In this document: positions 1 through 9,933 of the stretch, piece after piece
Layout of the letters: each line of letters begins with the position of its first letter
Numbering within the stretch: the stretch's first letter is position 1
Assembly: GCA_963665095.1 (NCBI GenBank)
Contig: OY762069.1
Coordinates: 3,328,001 to 3,392,000, forward strand
Direction: 5' to 3'
From: an uncultured Desulfobacter sp.
Lineage (GTDB): Bacteria > Desulfobacterota > Desulfobacteria > Desulfobacterales > Desulfobacteraceae
DNA length: 64,000 bases
Made by a program: the position numbers and the translations under genes
Notes under the pieces: model-generated
Seen by the model: the letters and a program-made list of their open reading frames with translations, nothing else
What the model was told of the DNA's origin: nothing
Databases searched by the model: none

Positions 1-62
1 ACCAAAGGATTAGTACCGAGCTTCGTGCCTCAGCACGGTTACTAATCCTTTATTTGTTATGC
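1..62 (-). other. attC site (cut by window edge)
   Basis: R'' GCATAAC (+ gttatgc 56-62) just after the stop of 69..1031 matches the cassette entry GTTATGC at 1058-1052; palindrome aaaggattagta-ccg...cgg-ttactaatccttt. Confidence 0.85.
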
Positions 63-68
63 ATATTG

Positions 69-1031
69 TCAATCTTTTTCAGATAGGCCTATCATAATGC
101 CATTCGGGGCAAATCTGTCGCAATATGTCTCAATCCCTAATTTAATGATTAACGCTGTTGTCGATACCGCAAGTGCTTTGATCCCAATATTCATACTTGT
201 CATTGCCGCAATAATCGCACCGCCTAAATATTTTTTATCTAAAACTACAGAAAGCCCATTATTAAACCAAGCCTGATAGATTTCACTTTTAGGGTCGCAT
301 AATGATCTATAAAGAACTCTTTTAAAGGATGAAAAAACAGTTCGTCCTAATTCCTTTTCTTTGACAATTTCTTCCGGTGCAGGCAATATTTTTTTTTCGT
401 CATAAGGGAGTTGATCTCCAGAAAAATTATGAATTCTCAATAAATCATTGATGACCTTTCGTGGAAGATGTCTTCCGAAATCCGATAAAATTTCATCTTC
501 ATTCTTTGTTTGGATCAAAATTCCCGCTTCATTTTCAATTTGTTCAACCCTTAAAACATCGTCGCCTGAATTTTTGAGGGCGGCTAAAGCGGCTTCTTCT
601 TTGAATCGTTGAATAATTCTTCGTTTGAATTGCCTTCGTCTTTTATCGGATCTGATATATTTGCTTTTTTCCAAAACTGTTTCAATTAAGGGTTCTGCTA
701 AATCAATATTTTCATTCCTAAGATGACAGATCGCCAACAAAGAAGTTGCTTCCAAATACACTCTCGTTTGAGGATTACTTTTCTTTTGGACTCCGATTAA
801 GCCGGGAATCGCGATGTGTAGGTTGCCTGATTCCATTGCTGCTTCAAAAAGCCAATTCTTTGCCTGCATTAATCTTGTTTCGTGCCCTGACTGTCTCAGC
901 AGGTTTTGGATATCATATACTATCTGCTTTGCGAGTTCATAGTTCCCATTTTTAACAGCATTCCTGAGGTTCGGCTCCAAAATTTTCAGCCTTCTTTTCT
1001 GCTGCTTAGTTAATTTAGGCGGTCTTGCCAT
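69..1031 (-). CDS. cassette 8: hypothetical protein (320 aa, helical)
   Basis: ORF fills the space between two attC sites; AAGGA RBS; no motif recognised. Confidence 0.8.
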   Translation of the reverse strand: MARPPKLTKQQKRRLKILEPNLRNAVKNGNYELAKQIVYDIQNLLRQSGHETRLMQAKNWLFEAAMESGNLHIAIPGLIGVQKKSNPQTRVYLEATSLLAICHLRNENIDLAEPLIETVLEKSKYIRSDKRRRQFKRRIIQRFKEEAALAALKNSGDDVLRVEQIENEAGILIQTKNEDEILSDFGRHLPRKVINDLLRIHNFSGDQLPYDEKKILPAPEEIVKEKELGRTVFSSFKRVLYRSLCDPKSEIYQAWFNNGLSVVLDKKYLGGAIIAAMTSMNIGIKALAVSTTALIIKLGIETYCDRFAPNGIMIGLSEKD

Positions 1032-1051
1032 GTAATTCCTTTATATTCAGG

Positions 1052-1103
1052 GCATAACGGTTCCAAATAAGCGGTATCACCCGCTTTATTTGATTTGTTG
1101 GAA
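1052..1103 (-). other. short attC site (52 bp)
   Basis: minus strand TTCCAAC-AAATC-AAATAAAG-CGG-GTGATA-CCG-CTTATTT-GGAACC-GTTATGC; L boxes pair with one extrahelical base. Confidence 0.75.
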
Positions 1104-1128
1104 TTCCGTACATCAGATCCATACTCGC

Positions 1129-2295
1129 TTAATGGGGTAACTCGGTTCCTTCGCTCATGATCCGGATATATTCTGAATACGAATAAAGGCGATTACGCTT
1201 CTGGCCGCTTATTTCTTTCACTATACCAAGCTGTTCAAGTTCACGCAGACAGGCATTAACTGTAGCCGGTGCAAGTCGCGTTTTCTTTTGGACCCAATTG
1301 GGTGAAGCCATTGGACGCTCGAGCATTGCCTTATGAACGAGATGGGCCGAACCGGATATACGTTTCAGTCCGTTAATACGCACTCCATCTTCAGCAGACA
1401 GTTTCATAAGTTGCTGAACGGTTTCAACGGCTTTGGTTGCTGTATAAATAACGGCATCGACAAAGAAATTGAGCCAAGCCTCCCAGTCACCGGTCAGCCG
1501 TACTTCGTTCAAAAGCTCATAATAACGTTGTCGGTATGTTTTGAAATAGAGGCTAAGATACAGCATCGGTTCCTTGAGTACTTTTTCAGAACACAACAAC
1601 AGGGTTATTATCAAGCGGCCGAGACGACCATTACCATCAAGGAATGGATGGATGGTTTCAAACTGGACATGTGCCATTGCCGCCTTGATCAACACAGGCG
1701 TTTTTTCCGGAAGATCATGTAGAAACAGTTCCAGTTTCCCCATACATTCTTGAAGATATTCAGGTGGTGGGGGTACAAAAGCGGCATTACCAGGGCGACT
1801 TCCACCAATCCAGTTTTGACTCCTTCGAAATTCACCAGGATCACATTCTTTGCCACGACCTTTCGATAGCAATACACTATGGATCTCTTTGAGCAACCTG
1901 AGCGAAAGAGGGAAATCCTCTTTAAGTCGTCTGAGACCATGATTGAGAGCTGCTACATAGTTGCTTACCTCCTGCACATCATCTAAGGGAACTCCGGGTT
2001 GATGTTCGAATTCAAACATCAAAAGGTCCGAGAGTGAGGATTGAGTGCCCTCGATCATAGAAGAAAGTACCGCTTCCTTGCGCACATACATATAAAGGAA
2101 AAGCGATGTGTCCGGAAGCAGTACTGAGACACTGTCCAGGCGGCCAAGGGCCAGCAGAGCCTGGTCAAATTTTTCCCTGAGTTTGGATGACCATTCAATG
2201 GGAGGTGCCGGCGGCAAAGGGGCTGGAATGAATGCTTGAGTCTTTTCTCCAACTGTCGATATATTTATATATTGGCCTTGCAGATCTCTTTTCAT
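1129..2295 (-). CDS. cassette 7: Fic family protein with C-terminal HTH
   Basis: Fic motif HPFLDGNGRLGR; N-terminal SSMIEGT inhibitory-type motif. Confidence 0.93.
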   Translation of the reverse strand: MKRDLQGQYINISTVGEKTQAFIPAPLPPAPPIEWSSKLREKFDQALLALGRLDSVSVLLPDTSLFLYMYVRKEAVLSSMIEGTQSSLSDLLMFEFEHQPGVPLDDVQEVSNYVAALNHGLRRLKEDFPLSLRLLKEIHSVLLSKGRGKECDPGEFRRSQNWIGGSRPGNAAFVPPPPEYLQECMGKLELFLHDLPEKTPVLIKAAMAHVQFETIHPFLDGNGRLGRLIITLLLCSEKVLKEPMLYLSLYFKTYRQRYYELLNEVRLTGDWEAWLNFFVDAVIYTATKAVETVQQLMKLSAEDGVRINGLKRISGSAHLVHKAMLERPMASPNWVQKKTRLAPATVNACLRELEQLGIVKEISGQKRNRLYSYSEYIRIMSEGTELPH

Positions 2296-2352
2296 ATTTT
2301 TATTTCAATGTTTGAATTTGCAGGTTTTTTATTTCAAATTACATCTCAATCT

Positions 2353-2381
2353 AAAATAATGTCCTGTTGATATACTGTCAA
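2353..2381 (-). promoter_or_regulatory. putative sigma70 promoter inside the Fic cassette
   Basis: minus strand TTGACA-N17-TATTTT about 60 nt upstream of the fic start. Confidence 0.5.
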
Positions 2382-2449
2382 GAGACACACTATGATTGAC
2401 CAAAAATATCCGCCTGAGGATATTATTTATTTAATGCTGCGCAGCCGCC

Positions 2450-2538
2450 GTAAAACGTTGAGTTAAGCGGAAAAATTATAACCCAAAAACAACGTAAAAC
2501 CCGGCGGGTATTTTTCCGTCTTCAACTCTTTGTTACAT
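2450..2538 (-). other. attC site (89 bp) of the IS91-transposase cassette
   Basis: ATGTAAC-AAAGA-GTTGAAGA-CGGAAAAA...TTTTTCCG-CTTAAC-TCAAC-GTTTTAC; R'' matches cassette entry GTTACAT at 4152-4146. Confidence 0.85.
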
Positions 2539-2794
2539 TAACCGGGTCGAAGCCTCGCAGTTGATTTCTTGGGTAAAAGCAGGGGAATCCTTTTTTTCAA
2601 ACTTAGATTTAACAGCACAGATTTTAAAATTTGCCTGGTAAAATTGAGTGAGCATTAAGATTCTTCCTTCTATTTTATCCGGTCAGGCTTGAAAAAGAGC
2701 CGAAAAACCTGGTACCGGAGCGGATTGCCGATACGAGTCCCTGACAGGGAACTGCCTATTTTGATATCGGTAATTGTTTCCAAAGTAAAGCTTT

Positions 2795-4027
2795 TTATGG
2801 TTCCCCTGATTTAGCCGGAATTTGCTTGGCCTTGGTTTTTGGTAAGTCGTCTTTCACCACGTTGCCATGACCGTCCAGCACCAGGATCGTTATCATGTTC
2901 CCTTTGCCGCAGGCCGGGCATTGAGGCGTCTGTTCTTTCAGGGGTTCAGGATCAGGGGTATCCCGGTCATTCAATGCCTGGCGTATTTCCGATATATTTC
3001 GCCCTGCCTGCCCGTTGGCCAGAAACCCATAATATCTGATCCGGTGAAAGTGTTTTGGAAGAACATGCAAAAGGAAACGATCAATGAAGCTCATTACCGG
3101 TAAAGAAGTTGTTTCCCACTTGGATTTATTCCGGGTGTTTTTAAACCAGAACTCCACAGTCTCGTTGTTAACGGATATAATCCTGTTGTTGCTGATGGCT
3201 GTTGAATGGGTGTATCTACCGATATATTTAACGACTTCGGCTGGACCTGAGAATGGTGGTTTGGAATATACCACCCAGTCTTTTGGAGCGGTATGGTACA
3301 GCCATTGCCTGAATGCGCAGGGTTTTGAAAAATGAGCCAGTTCATCCGGGATGTTTAATCGTCCTCGACCGTGGGCTGCAATAAGGCCGTTAAGGAACTT
3401 TGCCCTGAATACATTTGAAAGCGCTTTGACCGGAAACAGGAATGTTGAGCTGTACTTGGGCTCCACCCATTCCCCATAAGTGTTTATTCCGCCTGCAGTG
3501 ACAATGAAATGGATGTGGGGATGCAGCCAGAGTTTGCCGCCCCAGGTGTGGAGGATACCGTAGAACCCGATCTTGGCTCCAAGACGCTTTGGATTCTCCC
3601 CGAATTCCAGCAGGGTCTGGGAGGCGCTTTCAAACAACAGGTCATACATTACCCGCCGGTTGAACCGGCACAAAGGGTTGAAGATATCCGGCAATGTGAA
3701 AACGCAGTGGTGATAGGACACCGGAAGCAGATCGTTGATCCTGGCCGTCACCCATCTGTGACGGGCGATATTGTTTCAACCCGGACAATGGCGGTTCCGG
3801 CAGGAGTTGTATCCTTTTTCAAGGTGGCCGCATGTGTCGCATAGCTCCCAGTGGGTGCCAAATTCTCCGCGTCGGCAGTGCTCGATATCGTACATAACCT
3901 TGTGTTGTCTGGGGTGCAGGCGGTGTGCTGATCTGAAGGGAGGACCGTATTTTCTAAATATATCTCCGACGCTTGGACCGGTTTCGGGTTTTTCAGGGAG
4001 CTTGGTATGGCTGCAAAGTGTTTTCAT
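2795..4027 (-). CDS. cassette 6: IS91-family (Y2 HUH) transposase, 410 codons with one in-frame TGA at 3776-3778 (pseudogene or recoded)
   Basis: ORFs 3776..4027 and 2795..3751 are in the same frame; Zn-binding SCRNRHCPG(*), HCVFTLP, LHTWG...HPHIH, YIGRY, FHRIRYYG. Confidence 0.85.
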
Positions 4028-4145
4028 CGGTTATGGAAGCCCGTTCTCCGGAAAAGTTTGCACCATAGATTATGAAGTCCTTATTTTATAGGCGTTTCGA
4101 GCTCTGCAGTTGGCTTCAAGATGTTGCATTCACCGTCCAGGTTTA

Positions 4146-4195
4146 ATGTAACGGCCAAAATCTGCGGCTTGTCCGCAGCATTTTGATTGTTGGAT
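4146..4195 (-). other. short attC site (50 bp)
   Basis: ATCCAAC-AATCA-AAATGCTG-CGG-ACAAG-CCG-CAGATTT-TGGCC-GTTACAT. Confidence 0.75.
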
Positions 4196-4366
4196 ATTCT
4201 TCTTTTTCTATATTGCCATTTTTGGCTCTCAAAAAGCGATTATAGGACCATTTTTAGGCGTTTTTAGGACTTAAATTGCATAATTTATTTCATTATGCTT
4301 GATCCGACCCCGTGGTTAGAAAAGTTTTCCATATCTCTCCTCTTTGAAAATTACCGGCTGACCGGT

Positions 4367-6886
4367 TTATTTTTTTTGCAAATCAACTTCCATAAATGGG
4401 AGGAAATAATTATCAACGATTCTTTTTGAATTGATTGGCGAACTGGTTAAGATGTGATTACACTCTCTTTCAAGTTCTTCATCGGAGAGTTGTGAGGAAC
4501 AAAGTTTTTTTAATACGCTCCGGGTGTCCGATACTAAGGCAGTTAATTTCTCATATGTAAGTGCATGAGACGCTCCGGCGACGGCGGCTTCTGTCGCAAT
4601 ATTTTTTGGGTGCACTGAAACACGAACACATTTATAGTCCTTATAATTTTTAGCGAACCATTCTGCCGCGACTAAAAGTTGACCATGCTCTTCTTTAGTA
4701 AGAGCATTTTTTTCTTTTTTTCTGCTTTTTGCTTCTATGACAAAACCGAGTTTATTGGGCAATAGCCAGAGAACATCTGGCCCTTTCCCATTAATATCAT
4801 GCCGTTCTGAAGAGAATCCAAGTACATTGGCGAGATCTGCCAATGCTTTTTCAAATTTATTTGATGAAGCATTGGCATGAAGTTGCACAACAATTTCTTC
4901 AAAAGATTGTAAAAAGCCTCTGCGCAGTCTGTAACCGCCTATTTGTTTTACAATAGCTTGGGCTTGTTTATTTGGCACAGTTAGAGGCCTATATGGTGGC
5001 AAGATTTTTGGCCTAATAAGATTACGATTATGTGCGAATGCCTGTTTTTGTAAATCTTCGGATCTCTCTGTGTTGCCCCACTTGTCTGCGATTCTGGCTC
5101 CTAGCTGTTCCATCCAACCACGAGTCTGTGAATCCAATATACTATCATGAGTTAAAAATTTTTCAATTTTTGTAATTGCCTGTTCGTGATAACCGTCATG
5201 CCAGAGGTTAATGGCTTTTCGTTCTGTTGCAGCTTGATCATAATTTTGAACACCTTGACTTTCTTCATCTACCAACTCCGCAAGTGTTTCTGCATGATAT
5301 TCAGTCCAGTCAGTATCGCGGCTAAAGCTTCGTTCTATGGCCTTGGCCAAATCCTTTAACTCTTTTACCTCTTTGCTAACTTCAGTACCAATTTCTAATT
5401 GAGCTCTTGTGGCAATGGTTAGATATCGGAAATTAGCATCTTTCGCAATCCAGGCGGCTAAATTAGCCCCTGAAAGTATTACAACACAGTGATCGCCTGA
5501 GCCTCTCGCTCCTCGCCCAATTCCCTGTTCAATACGTTGTGCAAGCATTCTAATAATTGTCGCACCATTATAAAGGGCACTGGCTCTGTATAGCTCATAA
5601 GTTGAGGTCCCTGCGGGCAATCCGTGCATGATAAGTAGGCGACAAGAGTCACCTGGTAAATCAATCCCATCATATCTATTAGAGAACACAGCCGGACCGA
5701 ATGTTTTTCCCGTTTGCAATTCCTCTACTATTCTTTCAACGTCAGCAGATCCTTTGGCCACAGTTGCTACATCATTCCAGTCAGAAGCAATTTTATCTGA
5801 TGGTGTGAGCACAACAGCTCCCAACTTTTTTTTATCAGATGTCCAGTCAATCAATTTTTTTATTGCTTCATTTACATTAAAATCAAATGGCATTAAATCC
5901 GGAATCAAAATCATTCTCTCACTAACGCCTGCTAAGGAGCGAGATGTAAGAGCCTCTGTAACTGATTCTGGATTTGCATCAAAGGTACGAATTATTTCAC
6001 TATCATCCGCAATTGTAGCGGACATATAAATGCGGCGAGGTGCTTCAGCAAAGGTAGGGAAGGCATTAACCAAAGGGAGTATAGGTGTGATAGTAAAAGC
6101 ATCTTTGCTGATAAGTGCGTGGCAGAGATGGAGATTGTCTCGTAATAGTGGCCAAATTAAACGGTAGCTGTCAGCATCGGATTTGATTTGCTCACGAACG
6201 GTGTCAAGCTGTTCATGCCAAGCCCAATAAGGGACTTCTAAAACTCCATACTCAGCACCCGAAACTATATCATCAAATGAGCCCAACTTATCTATGTCCC
6301 TGAATGCTTTTCTAAATAACTCAGTTAAACGCTCATATCGATCTCCGTTATTTTTCAATATATCGAGCGTGAAGGACTCTCGAACCGTTGAAAATGCGGC
6401 ATGTGCATCATCAAGTATGATTGCCGCTACTTTTTGGGGATACCCTGAGCCACGTATTCCGAATTTACTCAAACCATGAAATAGCGCCTTATAGGTAGCG
6501 ACCATTATGGCGTTCCCATTAACAAAATCATCATTCAATGGCCGCCCCCTTTCGTAGGCTACCGCTGAAATTCCATGAGCTTTTGCTTTTTCAAGTGTTT
6601 GATTCACAAGTTGTACAGTTGGTGACAAATACAATACTGGTTCACCAGTTTCATTAAGTGTAGACTGTGCAATCAGAAGTCCAACTAAAGTTTTCCCACC
6701 CCCAGTGTGCAATTTTAAAACTACATCTTGATTGGATCGAGTTTCAAACCATGATTGAAGAACCCCAGCTTGACTTGTGTAAAGGTCATTTATCCCTGGC
6801 GGTTTTGGTAAACGGCGGAAAATTTCTGCTGGGTCAAGTTGTTTTGTTTTTTTCTTTTTAGTTCTTAATTTACCAAAATCTACCAT
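4367..6886 (-). CDS. cassette 5: SF2 helicase with C-terminal PD-(D/E)XK nuclease-like domain (Hna-like anti-phage protein)
   Basis: Walker A LHTGGGKT, motif II DDAH, MSAT, QGIGRGAR; C-terminal GPDVLW...IEAKS...GQL; 839 aa. Confidence 0.75.
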   Translation of the reverse strand: MVDFGKLRTKKKKTKQLDPAEIFRRLPKPPGINDLYTSQAGVLQSWFETRSNQDVVLKLHTGGGKTLVGLLIAQSTLNETGEPVLYLSPTVQLVNQTLEKAKAHGISAVAYERGRPLNDDFVNGNAIMVATYKALFHGLSKFGIRGSGYPQKVAAIILDDAHAAFSTVRESFTLDILKNNGDRYERLTELFRKAFRDIDKLGSFDDIVSGAEYGVLEVPYWAWHEQLDTVREQIKSDADSYRLIWPLLRDNLHLCHALISKDAFTITPILPLVNAFPTFAEAPRRIYMSATIADDSEIIRTFDANPESVTEALTSRSLAGVSERMILIPDLMPFDFNVNEAIKKLIDWTSDKKKLGAVVLTPSDKIASDWNDVATVAKGSADVERIVEELQTGKTFGPAVFSNRYDGIDLPGDSCRLLIMHGLPAGTSTYELYRASALYNGATIIRMLAQRIEQGIGRGARGSGDHCVVILSGANLAAWIAKDANFRYLTIATRAQLEIGTEVSKEVKELKDLAKAIERSFSRDTDWTEYHAETLAELVDEESQGVQNYDQAATERKAINLWHDGYHEQAITKIEKFLTHDSILDSQTRGWMEQLGARIADKWGNTERSEDLQKQAFAHNRNLIRPKILPPYRPLTVPNKQAQAIVKQIGGYRLRRGFLQSFEEIVVQLHANASSNKFEKALADLANVLGFSSERHDINGKGPDVLWLLPNKLGFVIEAKSRKKEKNALTKEEHGQLLVAAEWFAKNYKDYKCVRVSVHPKNIATEAAVAGASHALTYEKLTALVSDTRSVLKKLCSSQLSDEELERECNHILTSSPINSKRIVDNYFLPFMEVDLQKK

Positions 6887-6994
6887 CGTAATTCCTCAAT
6901 TAAAATATGGAGGGTGTTTACAGCAGGAATAAATTAATATTTTTTAAACCCACCGGATTATATATCACAAGTATTCAACATTCTATTTGAAATT

Positions 6995-7045
6995 CGTTAA
7001 CATTGAACATCTGCGGCTTGCCCGCCAGCATGTTCGTTGTTGGAA
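6995..7045 (-). other. short attC site (51 bp)
   Basis: TTCCAAC-AACGA-ACATGCTG-GCGG-GCAAG-CCG-CAGATGT-TCAAT-GTTAACG; similar to the 4146-4195 site. Confidence 0.75.
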
Positions 7046-7289
7046 TCACGTATACTGTCCTCTTATCTTCAATGTTCACTTTAATTCAAGCAATGGGTGT
7101 AGATTCCCGAAATAATCTGAACAAAAACCCGCCAAATTTTTCATATTAAATTGACAAAGTTCCATTTTTCTCAAATTATCCTGTACAGGTTCTGATCAAA
7201 GCATTCTGACAAAAATGAAAAGGGCGAAAAGCTTTGCAGAGCCTCGCCCTTAAGACCGGGATTTATAAAATCCCAAAACAACCATAAAA

Positions 7290-7736
7290 ATGATAATAAA
7301 GGTCAAAGCTGATATCAAGCAAATTTTCAAGCAGGGCAAAAATTTTACATGGCCAAAACCGTCACGATGTCCACATTGCAACGACTCCAGGCTGTGGGGA
7401 CACGGCTTTGTACTCTCCTTTTTTGATGGATTTGATCAAGGGGTGTATTTGAAGCGATATCGCTGCCCCTATTGCAAAACCGTATTCAAATTGAAGCCAT
7501 ATGGTTTTTTCAAGAGGTTCCAGGCCAGTATCTGGCAAATCCTTACCAGCATTATGAGTCGTCTATACACAGACCGGTATCTGCCGGAACTCTCCTGGAG
7601 TCGACAGCATTTTTGGTTTACTGCATTGAAACGAAATATAGCGGCCTACCTGTCCAACAGTTGGGACAAAGGTGTGGTTGCTGGTTTTATCAAGCTAATC
7701 GGTATGGGTAAAATCCCGGTTACCAGTTCAATTTAA
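7290..7736 (+). CDS. CxxC/CxxC zinc-finger protein (DUF6431-like) of transposon A
   Basis: CPHC...WGHG...RYRCPYC; first gene inside the element. Confidence 0.7.
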   Translation: MIIKVKADIKQIFKQGKNFTWPKPSRCPHCNDSRLWGHGFVLSFFDGFDQGVYLKRYRCPYCKTVFKLKPYGFFKRFQASIWQILTSIMSRLYTDRYLPELSWSRQHFWFTALKRNIAAYLSNSWDKGVVAGFIKLIGMGKIPVTSSI

Positions 7737-7839
7737 CCATGGGGCTGGATCAGGTTTAAACCACCCTACCGAAGGCTGTGATTTACCGAAGGATCATACT
7801 GTCATACAAGCCCTTAGAACCAAATTTTAAGGAGGAAGT

Positions 7840-9096
7840 ATGACAGAAAATCAGAAAAAAGAGGTTGCCGTGTTCAGGTTTGGGGTCATTTGTGAATTTG
7901 TGACCGGAACAAATTTTGATTACGGTGAAAAAGAACGAATTTTACAGCAGAAGTGCGCCCGCAAATGGTCCATCCCGTATTCTGGAAGGACCAGGCTTTC
8001 CAGAAGTACGATTCTGGGATGGGTCCGGCAGTATAACGGTCGAATAGAGTCTCTTTACCCCAAAGACCGTTCAGACCAGGGAAAATCAAGGGTATTCGAT
8101 GACGAGACTGCATCTCAACTAATCAAACTCCGGTTAGACCAGCCTGATGCGACAGTCGATACATTGATCTGTTCACTTCAAAAAACTACATGCCAGACAT
8201 ACAGTCCATCCAGTGTATACCGTTTTTTACGCGGCCGGGGGCTAATGAACACGGCCCGGCCAGAGGATAGAAGAAAGTTTGAAGCCCCGCACCCCAATGA
8301 TATGTGGCAAAGCGACGTCATGCACGGCCCTACAGTCCTGGTTCAGGATAAGCAAAGAAAAACGTACCTGATTGCCATTATGGACGATCATTCCAGGCTG
8401 GTTACGGCTGCAGGTTTTTATTTATCTGAGAATCTGAAGACCTATCTTATGGTGCTGGAGCAGGCTTTTTTGAGCCGTGGGCTTCCCCGCAAGCTGTATG
8501 TAGATAACGGTCCTGCGTTCAGATCCCATCATTTAAAATATGTAGCAGCGTCTCTGTCCATCGCTTTAATCCATGCAAGGCCATATAAGCCCCAGGGGAA
8601 AGGTAAAATCGAGCGCTGGTTCAGAACGGTTCGGCTTCAGTTTCTGCAAAGATTTACAGGTAAGACCCTGGATGATCTGAATGGGGCATTTGAGAAGTGG
8701 CTTCATAATGAGTACCATCAGCGTAAACACAGCTCCACAGGCGAATCACCGTTTAAAAGATTTACCTCGGCCATGGAGTGCATCCGTACCGCCCCACCGG
8801 ATCTGAAAGACCACTTCCGCAAAACCGCCCGGCGCAAGGTGGCAAAGGACCGAACCATCACCCTTGACGGCAACATGTTTGAGGCCCCGGTTGCGCTGAT
8901 CGGCAGACATGTGGATGTAAAGTACCATGAGGACACCCCTTTGCAGGCTGAAGTTATCTATAAAGCAAAGTCTTATGGCTTGTTAACCCCGGTGGACCTT
9001 GCTGTGAACTGTCGGGTCAAGCGGCACCGCTGGAACGAAAATGATATCCGGATTATGCCTGAACCCTCAAATTACAAGGGAGGGCAACTGTTATGA
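7840..9096 (+). CDS. DDE (rve) transposase, IS481/Mu-like, with HTH and Mu-type C-terminus
   Basis: WQSDVMHG, DDHSR, YVDNGPAF, KGKIERWFRT; AGGAGG RBS. Confidence 0.9.
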   Translation: MTENQKKEVAVFRFGVICEFVTGTNFDYGEKERILQQKCARKWSIPYSGRTRLSRSTILGWVRQYNGRIESLYPKDRSDQGKSRVFDDETASQLIKLRLDQPDATVDTLICSLQKTTCQTYSPSSVYRFLRGRGLMNTARPEDRRKFEAPHPNDMWQSDVMHGPTVLVQDKQRKTYLIAIMDDHSRLVTAAGFYLSENLKTYLMVLEQAFLSRGLPRKLYVDNGPAFRSHHLKYVAASLSIALIHARPYKPQGKGKIERWFRTVRLQFLQRFTGKTLDDLNGAFEKWLHNEYHQRKHSSTGESPFKRFTSAMECIRTAPPDLKDHFRKTARRKVAKDRTITLDGNMFEAPVALIGRHVDVKYHEDTPLQAEVIYKAKSYGLLTPVDLAVNCRVKRHRWNENDIRIMPEPSNYKGGQLL

Positions 9097-9902
9097 GTGA
9101 AATGTATCGTACCTTTTTTGGCTTATATAGGGAGGCCTTCCCGGCGCAGATAGAAATCAATGATATCCTGGTCACCCCGGAGGTCTCGGGCGTTAAAAAT
9201 CGGATTGATTATTCCTTAAGACTTGGCTGCAGTGCGGTTATCACAGGGGATGTGGGCAGCGGAAAGTCCACCGCCTTAAGGTATGCCGCCTCATCCCTAC
9301 ACCCTTCGGAATACAAAGTCTTTTATGTTACGGCCTCAAGCGGTTCCATCATGGAACTTTACCGGCAGATTGTTGAAGAACTGGGCATAGAGCGGACATC
9401 GACGTCCCGCGCTGTTATGATCTCCATTATTAAAAATGAAATACGTGAATTCGTCCTGGGAAAAAAGATCAAAACCGTTTTGATTATAGATGAGGCATCT
9501 CTGCTTCGCATGGAAGTCTTTGCCGAACTTCACACCCTGGTTCAATTTGAAAAAGACGCCATGCCCTGGCTGCCTGTGATCCTTGCAGGTCAGCCGACAT
9601 TGATAGATAAGCTTCAGTACCGGACGTCAATCCCGTTTGCATCCAGGATTGTGGCTAAAAGCCATCTGGATGGTCTGGATGTGGCTGGAATGAAAACTTA
9701 CCTGATCCATCATTTAAAACTATGCGGTGTTGACACCAACTTTTTTTCTGACCAGGCGGTGACTGCGATTCATCAAGGCTCCGGCGGCCTTTTACGAAAG
9801 GCGAATAATCTTGCCAGAGGCTCATTGATTGCTGCTGCGGCAGAAAAATCAATGACGGTATCTGCAGAGCATGTCCGCATTGCTTCATCGGAAATTTTTT
9901 AA
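9093..9902 (+). CDS. ExeA/TniB-like AAA ATPase
   Basis: GDVGSGKST, LIIDEA, LAGQP; overlaps transposase stop (ATGA). Confidence 0.88.
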   Translation: MSEMYRTFFGLYREAFPAQIEINDILVTPEVSGVKNRIDYSLRLGCSAVITGDVGSGKSTALRYAASSLHPSEYKVFYVTASSGSIMELYRQIVEELGIERTSTSRAVMISIIKNEIREFVLGKKIKTVLIIDEASLLRMEVFAELHTLVQFEKDAMPWLPVILAGQPTLIDKLQYRTSIPFASRIVAKSHLDGLDVAGMKTYLIHHLKLCGVDTNFFSDQAVTAIHQGSGGLLRKANNLARGSLIAAAAEKSMTVSAEHVRIASSEIF

Positions 9903-9933
9903 GAAAAAACAGCCATAGAGCAGAATATTACGA

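Noticed and set aside
4196..4366. Non-coding trailer after the helicase as an IS remnant or extra attC
   Set aside because: No matching second end, target duplication or R''/R' pair found
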